NCBI GenBank assembly: GCA_000004985.1
Contig: GG739179.1
Strand: one strand, 5' to 3'
Length of the DNA: 4,537 nucleotides
From: Naegleria gruberi
Taxonomy: Eukaryota
The position numbers and the translations under genes were made by a program. How positions within the stretch are numbered: the stretch's first letter is position 1; every line of letters starts with the position of its first letter. Below the pieces are notes generated by a model. That model was not told the origin of the DNA, searched no databases, and saw only the letters and a list, made by a program, of their open reading frames with translations. Below are positions 1 to 4,537 of the stretch, piece after piece.

Positions 1-744
1 GATATTTTTCGAAATTATTCAAATGAATTCACAAAGAATAAGAGAATAGTATTAGAATCTATCAGGGAAAATGTATTAGCTTTTGAATATGCTGATAGAG
101 TTTTCAAAAATGATTTTGAATTTATTTGTGAGGCTATTAAATACAACGATAAGATATTATCCTATCTATTTAAATTGAATGATATGGAGGATATTAAAAA
201 TATAGTGGATTTAATTGATAAAAGAACCAACAATTTAACTCTAAACAAACGTATGAGTAATGAATTAATCAACTTTTTAAAAAAAATGAAACAATTAACT
301 TCACTTAATATTAATTATAATAATATTGGTGATGAAGGTGTAAAATTAATAAGTGAAATGAAACAATTAACTTCACTTAATATTAATTATAATAATATTG
401 GTGTTGAAGGTGCCAAATATATTAGTGAAATGAAACAATTAACTTCACTTGATATTAGTGATAATAATATTGGTGTTGAAGGTGTAAAATTAATAAGTGA
501 AATGAAACAATTAACTTCACTTAATATACGTATAAATGAGATTGGTGTTGAAGGTGCCAAATATATTAGTGAAATGAAACAATTAACTTCACTTGATATT
601 AATTGTAATAATATTGGTGTTGAAGGTGCCAAATATATTAGTGAAATGAAACAATTAACTTCACTTGATATTAGTGATAATAATATTGGTGTTGAAGGTG
701 TGAGATTAATAAGTGACAACGATAACATATTATCTTCTACTTAA
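1..744 (+). CDS. 5'-partial CDS: DUF4116-like repeat segment, linker, and six 24-aa RI-type leucine-rich repeats; stop TAA 742-744
   Basis: By hand translation, the reading frame of the listed ORF 175..744 is open from window position 1 (no in-frame stop), giving DIFRNYSNEFTKNKRIVLESIRENVLAFEYADRVFKNDFEFICEAIKYNDKILSYLFKLNDMEDIKN.... The ORF track begins at TTG 175 only because it needs a start codon. The first in-frame ATG is at 184, so the true start is probably upstream of the window. ..NVLAFEYADRVFKNDFEFICEAIKYNDKIL.. matches the DUF4116 repeat pattern (aL.YAs..lknD.e.vl.Avk.n..aL.Y). Six tandem 72-nt units at 286-717 encode MKQLTSL(N/D)I(N/S)xNNIGxEG(V/A)K(L/Y)ISE, the LxxLxLxxNxIGxEGaxxLxxxLxx signature of ribonuclease-inhibitor-like LRRs. 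Confidence 0.6.
   Translation, partial: DIFRNYSNEFTKNKRIVLESIRENVLAFEYADRVFKNDFEFICEAIKYNDKILSYLFKLNDMEDIKNIVDLIDKRTNNLTLNKRMSNELINFLKKMKQLTSLNINYNNIGDEGVKLISEMKQLTSLNINYNNIGVEGAKYISEMKQLTSLDISDNNIGVEGVKLISEMKQLTSLNIRINEIGVEGAKYISEMKQLTSLDINCNNIGVEGAKYISEMKQLTSLDISDNNIGVEGVRLISDNDNILSST
143..715 (+). repeat. Segmental tandem duplication, unit 1 (linker + first about 5.5 LRRs)
   Basis: The segment 143-~670 (acaacgataagatattatcctatctatttaaattgaatgatatggaggatattaaaaat...) recurs at 716-~1242 at an offset of 571-573 nt. LRR units 1, 3, 4 and 5 are 100% identical between the two copies. Confidence 0.8.
286..717 (+). repeat. Tandem array of 6 x 72-nt coding repeats (LRR units) of gene copy A
   Basis: Units begin at 286, 358, 430, 502, 574 and 646, each starting atgaaacaattaacttcactt. 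Nucleotide identity between units is above 90%. The last unit diverges from position 700 (gtgagattaataagtgacaac). Confidence 0.9.
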
Positions 745-857
745 ATTGAATGATATGGAGGATATTAAAAATCAAAGTGGATTTAATTGATAAAAGAACC
801 AACAATTTACTTGATACAAACGTATGAGTAATGAATTGAATCAACTTTTTAAGTGAA
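716..857 (+). pseudogene. Frameshifted, stop-containing duplicate of the inter-domain linker (NDKILSYLFKLNDMEDIKNIVDLIDKRTNNLTLNKRMSNELINFLKK) of the LRR gene
   Basis: All three + frames contain a stop between 742 and 833 (TAA 742-744, TGA 751-753, TGA 788-790, TGA 831-833). Homology to 143-285 is obvious at nucleotide level. Either this is real decay of a tandem duplicate, or these are draft-assembly indel errors interrupting one long gene. Confidence 0.45.
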
Positions 858-1287
858 ATGAAACAATTAACTTCACTTAATATTAATTATAATAATATTG
901 GTGATGAAGGTGTAAAATTAATAAGTGAAATGAAACAATTAACTTCACTTGATATTAATTATAATAATATTGGTGTTGAAGGTGCCAAATATATTAGTGA
1001 AATGAAACAATTAACTTCACTTGATATTAGTGATAATAATATTGGTGTTGAAGGTGTAAAATTAATAAGTGAAATGAAACAATTAACTTCACTTAATATA
1101 CGTATAAATGAGATTGGTGTTGAAGGTGCCAAATATATTAGTGAAATGAAACAATTAACTTCACTTGATATTAATTGTAATAATATTGGTGTTGAAGGTG
1201 CCAAATATATTAGTGAAATGAAACAATTAACTTCACTTGATATTAGTTGGAATAATATCGGTGTTGAAGGCGCCAAATTAATAAGTG
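716..1287 (+). repeat. Segmental tandem duplication, unit 2
   Basis: Direct comparison with unit 1. The linker part (716-857) carries a 2-nt deletion (tattatcttctacttaaattg versus tattatcctatctatttaaattg), an indel at aaaatcaaagtgg (unit 1 aaaatatagtgg), an indel at aatttacttgatacaaacg (unit 1 aatttaactctaaacaaacg), a 1-nt insertion at aattgaatc (unit 1 aattaatc), and substitutions. The LRR part is identical. Confidence 0.8.
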
Positions 1288-1721
1288 AAATGAAACAATT
1301 AACTTCACTTAATATACGTAGAAATGAGATTGGTGATGAAGGCGCCAAATATATAAGTGAAATGAAACAATTAACTTCACTTAATATTAGTGATAATAAT
1401 ATTGGTGTTGAAGGTGCCAAATTAATAAGTGAAATGAAACAATTAACTTCACTTAATATTAATTGGAATGAGATTGGTGATGAAGGCGCCAAATATATTA
1501 GTGAAATGAAACAATTAACTTCACTTAATATTAGTTGGAATAAGATTGGTGATGAAGGCGCCAAATATATTAGTGAAATGAAACAATTAACTTCACTTGA
1601 TATTAATTGGAATAAGATTGGTGTTGAAGGTGCAAAATTAATAAGTGAAATGAAACAATTAACTTCACTTAATATTAATGATAATAATATTGGTGTTGAA
1701 GGCGCAAAATACCTTAGTGAA
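858..1721 (+). repeat. Tandem array of 12 x 72-nt coding repeats (LRR units) of copy B
   Basis: Units start every 72 nt from 858. Units 1-5 match copy A units 1-5 (units 1, 3, 4, 5 exactly; unit 2 differs by one Asn/Asp substitution). Units 6-12 form a second sub-family that uses ggcgcc (Gly-Ala) where units 1-5 use ggtgcc or ggtgta, and has W/R at the variable positions (DISWNN, NIRRNE, NINWNE, NISWNK, DINWNK). Confidence 0.9.
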
Positions 1722-1745
1722 ATGAAAAGGAAAACAATTTATTGA
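858..1745 (+). CDS. LRR-only ORF: 12 consecutive 24-aa RI-type leucine-rich repeats then a short tail (KYLSEMKRKTIY*), TGA stop 1743-1745; probably a truncated or pseudogenised second copy, or the 3' part of one long gene
   Basis: The open frame runs from 834 (after TGA 831-833), with the first ATG at 858, to TGA at 1743-1745. There are twelve 72-nt units from 858 to 1721. It lacks its own N-terminal domain because the upstream linker copy is frameshifted. Confidence 0.5.
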   Translation: MKQLTSLNINYNNIGDEGVKLISEMKQLTSLDINYNNIGVEGAKYISEMKQLTSLDISDNNIGVEGVKLISEMKQLTSLNIRINEIGVEGAKYISEMKQLTSLDINCNNIGVEGAKYISEMKQLTSLDISWNNIGVEGAKLISEMKQLTSLNIRRNEIGDEGAKYISEMKQLTSLNISDNNIGVEGAKLISEMKQLTSLNINWNEIGDEGAKYISEMKQLTSLNISWNKIGDEGAKYISEMKQLTSLDINWNKIGVEGAKLISEMKQLTSLNINDNNIGVEGAKYLSEMKRKTIY

Positions 1746-2044
1746 AATTCAATAATTTCATCCTTATTAGTTACATTAATTTCTCTCTTTAAAACCATTG
1801 AAGTATATTCATTAATAATTTCATTTAAATTCTTATTAACTTGAATGATTAATTCCTTTTTAACATTATCAAAATCAATAATTCTTTTTTGACCTCTTTT
1901 CCAAACAAGATAAAATCTATAAAAAGCGCTTGAATAAGCAATATTAAAAGCATCCATTACAGAATTTTCATACTTGTTAATAAATGATTTTAATTTACCT
2001 TCAATTAACATTTTTAAAATCATTTGAGTAATATTTAAAGAAAC
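1739..2044 (-). CDS. C-terminal fragment of a large minus-strand gene (gene Y), unknown function; stop TAA at 1741-1739; open frame continues into the N-gap
   Basis: The minus-strand frame is open for 102 codons from the gap edge, ...VSLNITQMILKMLIEGKLKSFINKYENSVMDAFNIAYSSAFYRFYLVWKRGQKRIIDFDNVKKELIIQVNKNLNEIINEYTSMVLKREINVTNKDEIIEFQ*. The ORF track lists only the part from the internal Met at 2023. An open frame this long in sequence of about 22% GC is unlikely by chance. Confidence 0.55.
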   Translation of the reverse strand, partial: VSLNITQMILKMLIEGKLKSFINKYENSVMDAFNIAYSSAFYRFYLVWKRGQKRIIDFDNVKKELIIQVNKNLNEIINEYTSMVLKREINVTNKDEIIEFQ

Positions 2045-3593
2045 NNNNNNNNNNNNNNNNNNNNNNNNNNNNNNNNNNNNNNNNNNNNNNNNNNNNNNNN
2101 NNNNNNNNNNNNNNNNNNNNNNNNNNNNNNNNNNNNNNNNNNNNNNNNNNNNNNNNNNNNNNNNNNNNNNNNNNNNNNNNNNNNNNNNNNNNNNNNNNNN
2201 NNNNNNNNNNNNNNNNNNNNNNNNNNNNNNNNNNNNNNNNNNNNNNNNNNNNNNNNNNNNNNNNNNNNNNNNNNNNNNNNNNNNNNNNNNNNNNNNNNNN
2301 NNNNNNNNNNNNNNNNNNNNNNNNNNNNNNNNNNNNNNNNNNNNNNNNNNNNNNNNNNNNNNNNNNNNNNNNNNNNNNNNNNNNNNNNNNNNNNNNNNNN
2401 NNNNNNNNNNNNNNNNNNNNNNNNNNNNNNNNNNNNNNNNNNNNNNNNNNNNNNNNNNNNNNNNNNNNNNNNNNNNNNNNNNNNNNNNNNNNNNNNNNNN
2501 NNNNNNNNNNNNNNNNNNNNNNNNNNNNNNNNNNNNNNNNNNNNNNNNNNNNNNNNNNNNNNNNNNNNNNNNNNNNNNNNNNNNNNNNNNNNNNNNNNNN
2601 NNNNNNNNNNNNNNNNNNNNNNNNNNNNNNNNNNNNNNNNNNNNNNNNNNNNNNNNNNNNNNNNNNNNNNNNNNNNNNNNNNNNNNNNNNNNNNNNNNNN
2701 NNNNNNNNNNNNNNNNNNNNNNNNNNNNNNNNNNNNNNNNNNNNNNNNNNNNNNNNNNNNNNNNNNNNNNNNNNNNNNNNNNNNNNNNNNNNNNNNNNNN
2801 NNNNNNNNNNNNNNNNNNNNNNNNNNNNNNNNNNNNNNNNNNNNNNNNNNNNNNNNNNNNNNNNNNNNNNNNNNNNNNNNNNNNNNNNNNNNNNNNNNNN
2901 NNNNNNNNNNNNNNNNNNNNNNNNNNNNNNNNNNNNNNNNNNNNNNNNNNNNNNNNNNNNNNNNNNNNNNNNNNNNNNNNNNNNNNNNNNNNNNNNNNNN
3001 NNNNNNNNNNNNNNNNNNNNNNNNNNNNNNNNNNNNNNNNNNNNNNNNNNNNNNNNNNNNNNNNNNNNNNNNNNNNNNNNNNNNNNNNNNNNNNNNNNNN
3101 NNNNNNNNNNNNNNNNNNNNNNNNNNNNNNNNNNNNNNNNNNNNNNNNNNNNNNNNNNNNNNNNNNNNNNNNNNNNNNNNNNNNNNNNNNNNNNNNNNNN
3201 NNNNNNNNNNNNNNNNNNNNNNNNNNNNNNNNNNNNNNNNNNNNNNNNNNNNNNNNNNNNNNNNNNNNNNNNNNNNNNNNNNNNNNNNNNNNNNNNNNNN
3301 NNNNNNNNNNNNNNNNNNNNNNNNNNNNNNNNNNNNNNNNNNNNNNNNNNNNNNNNNNNNNNNNNNNNNNNNNNNNNNNNNNNNNNNNNNNNNNNNNNNN
3401 NNNNNNNNNNNNNNNNNNNNNNNNNNNNNNNNNNNNNNNNNNNNNNNNNNNNNNNNNNNNNNNNNNNNNNNNNNNNNNNNNNNNNNNNNNNNNNNNNNNN
3501 NNNNNNNNNNNNNNNNNNNNNNNNNNNNNNNNNNNNNNNNNNNNNNNNNNNNNNNNNNNNNNNNNNNNNNNNNNNNNNNNNNNNNNNNNNNNN
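2045..3593. other. Assembly gap, 1549 N
   Basis: A continuous run of n. The reading frames on the two sides of the gap are not mutually in phase, which is consistent with an estimated (not exact) gap length. Confidence 0.99.
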
Positions 3594-4137
3594 GATCATT
3601 ATAATTAATAATATCACATAATTGACCACATATAGTTAAAGATGTTTGCATTAATTTACCTTTTTTAATATAATTTAATTTATCAAAATTATTACTCATA
3701 TTTAATAATTTAATTTCTTTTACAATATCATCTTTATGATATCTAACTAATGATAAATTATTTTTAAATACATATAATAAAGAAGGTAATAACATTTCAA
3801 TTTCATCTTTTTTTAATATTGCTTTACCATATATAGTAGGTTTAATTATTTTTAATGTTTTTAAAATATTTCTAATTAAATTAATATTAAAATCATGTAT
3901 TGTACCACTTCCTAATGAAACTAAATGTTGTACCATATAACATTTAAATTCTTGTGATATACTTGCTATATATGCTTTAATTGTATTATTACTATTTATA
4001 TCAAATGTTATTTCTATACCTGGTAATCCATTACTTAATTGAAACATTTCTTGTTGTAATATATTTATACTTCCAACTGATTGTTGTTGTAATAATTCTA
4101 AATTTTGTTGAGAATATTCAATTGAATCAAAATTCAT
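3594..4137 (-). CDS. N-terminal fragment of gene Y (181 aa from ATG 4137-4135 to the gap edge), unknown function
   Basis: The minus-strand ORF begins MNFDSIEYSQQNLELLQQQSVGSINILQQEMFQLSNGLPGIEITFDIN...GKLMQTSLTICGQLCDIINYND and runs into the gap. All seven early Gln codons are CAA. An upstream in-frame stop lies at 4236-4234 with no other ATG between, so 4137 is the first possible start unless there is an upstream exon. I do not recognise the family. Confidence 0.6.
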
Positions 4138-4293
4138 TATATTTTCTTCAATACTAATTAATATTATAACAGGTGATTCTTTATCTATTATTATTATAAT
4201 ATTATATTGTAATGTAATATTATATTTAATATGTTATATTTAATATGTTATATTATATATTGTAATATGTTATATTTAAATGTTATATGATAT
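4138..4293 (-). promoter_or_regulatory. Very AT-rich intergenic spacer: 3' flank of gene X and promoter/5' leader of gene Y; degenerate tandem ATATGTTATATTTA repeats and one CAGGTG island
   Basis: About 155 nt with only a handful of G/C outside the ten-nt segment caggtgattc (4172-4181). Direct repeats of taatatgttatatt at 4228-4241 and 4242-4255, with further atgttatat copies at 4266-4274 and 4279-4287. Multiple TATAAT/TATATT strings occur on the minus strand upstream of ATG 4137. The assignment follows from position only. Confidence 0.4.
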
Positions 4294-4537
4294 TTAATAA
4301 ATTGTAAAAATAAAAAACATACTATTATTATCAATTAATTGAATTTGATTTAAATGAGTTGAATTATTTAATACAGCAGTATAATTATTTGGATATTTAA
4401 ATGATAAACCTAATTTTTCATTTTCAAATAATAACCAATCTTCTTGATCTTTACATTCATCATCAATTTTATATATTTTAATTTTAGGCTTGGTTTTATT
4501 ATTAGAAGTAGAAGTAGAAGATGATGAAGAAGATGAA
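4294..4537 (-). CDS. 3' end (80 codons) of an upstream minus-strand gene (gene X); Ser/Thr-rich tract at the window edge, stop TAA at 4296-4294
   Basis: Minus-strand translation done by hand gives SSSSSSSTSTSNNKTKPKIKIYKIDDECKDQEDWLLFENEKLGLSFKYPNNYTAVLNNSTHLNQIQLIDNNSMFFIFTIY*. It is open for 80 codons to the window edge. The + strand frames of the same region are full of stops. It is missing from the ORF track only because it has no start codon inside the window. Confidence 0.5.
   Translation of the reverse strand, partial: SSSSSSSTSTSNNKTKPKIKIYKIDDECKDQEDWLLFENEKLGLSFKYPNNYTAVLNNSTHLNQIQLIDNNSMFFIFTIY

Noticed and set aside
700-857. Possible intron (GTGAGA donor at 700, AG at 852-853) joining the two LRR ORFs into one spliced gene
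   Set aside because: I checked the phases by hand. Exon 1 would end in phase 0 at 699, but the only nearby acceptor puts exon 2 at 854 in the wrong phase and reads TGA. The interval is also a clear homologue of the coding linker at 143-285 rather than AT-only intron sequence. The GTGAG at 700 is the duplication junction (compare gtgagg at 127).
387-1564. Minus-strand ORFs of 113 aa (387..728) and 201 aa (959..1564) with repetitive sequence APSTPILLSLISSEVNCFISLIYL...
   Set aside because: They are antisense shadows of the 72-nt LRR repeat. The repeat simply lacks stop codons in one antisense frame, and periodic repeats always propagate open antisense frames. There is no independent coding signal.
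286-1721. CRISPR-like array or other prokaryotic repeat locus
   Set aside because: The 72-nt repeats are directly abutting with no spacers. They are in frame and encode a textbook RI-type LRR, so this is a protein-coding tandem repeat.
2001-3629. 542-aa minus-strand ORF composed almost entirely of X
   Set aside because: It is an artefact of translating the N-gap. Its short real ends are out of frame with the genuine gene Y fragments.
1-4537. Ciliate nuclear code (TAA/TAG = Gln) as an alternative explanation for the AT-richness and the TAA 'stops'
   Set aside because: All Gln codons seen (at least 10, including 7 in the first 30 codons of gene Y) are CAA and none is TAA or TAG. Ciliates use TAA for a large fraction of Gln. 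The standard code with dictyostelid-like usage fits better.
1-4537. A novel multi-gene defence or mobile system
   Set aside because: The window holds only three or four unrelated eukaryotic-type genes in mixed orientation. It shows no transposase or integrase, no terminal inverted repeats, and no target-site duplications flanking the duplicated block. The duplication is a simple head-to-tail tandem one, consistent with unequal crossing-over between LRR units.

Overview
The window is very AT-rich (coding roughly 25% GC, intergenic roughly 10% GC) and contains a 1549-nt run of N (2045-3593), so it is a draft-assembly scaffold. Codon usage (all Gln as CAA, Ser tracts as TCA/TCT), the poly-Ser tail, the near-pure-AT intergenic DNA and the compact head-to-tail and convergent gene spacing look eukaryotic. 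The best guess is a dictyostelid-like amoebozoan; that is inferred, not proven. I see no prokaryotic operon, CRISPR array, tRNA or rRNA. Contents by region: (1) 1-744, + strand: a 5'-partial CDS. Its first about 55 codons look like a DUF4116-type repeat (..RENVLAFEYADRVFKNDFEFICEAIKYNDKILSYL..). A linker follows, then six perfect 72-nt (24-aa) ribonuclease-inhibitor-type leucine-rich repeats (MKQLTSLNINYNNIGDEGVKLISE). (2) 716-1745, + strand: a tandem re-duplication of the same linker+LRR block. In this second copy the linker is frameshifted (stops in all three + frames between 742 and 833). The LRR array is expanded to 12 units, starts at an internal ATG (858) and ends at TGA 1743-1745. (3) 1739-4137, - strand: one large gene, gene Y, of unknown function. 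It starts at ATG 4137 and is split by the N-gap. Its stop (1739-1741) overlaps the stop of the + strand LRR gene. (4) 4138-4293: an intergenic block of about 155 nt, almost pure A/T, with degenerate ATATGTTATATTTA-like tandem repeats and a single CAGGTG island. (5) 4294-4537, - strand: the 3' end (80 codons) of a further gene, gene X, ending in a poly-Ser/Thr tract at the window edge. Nothing here looks like a novel molecular system. The points worth a second look are the very recent, partly decayed tandem duplication of the LRR gene, its mosaic repeat structure, the DUF4116+RI-LRR architecture, the stop-codon-overlapping convergent gene pair, and the assembly gap inside gene Y.
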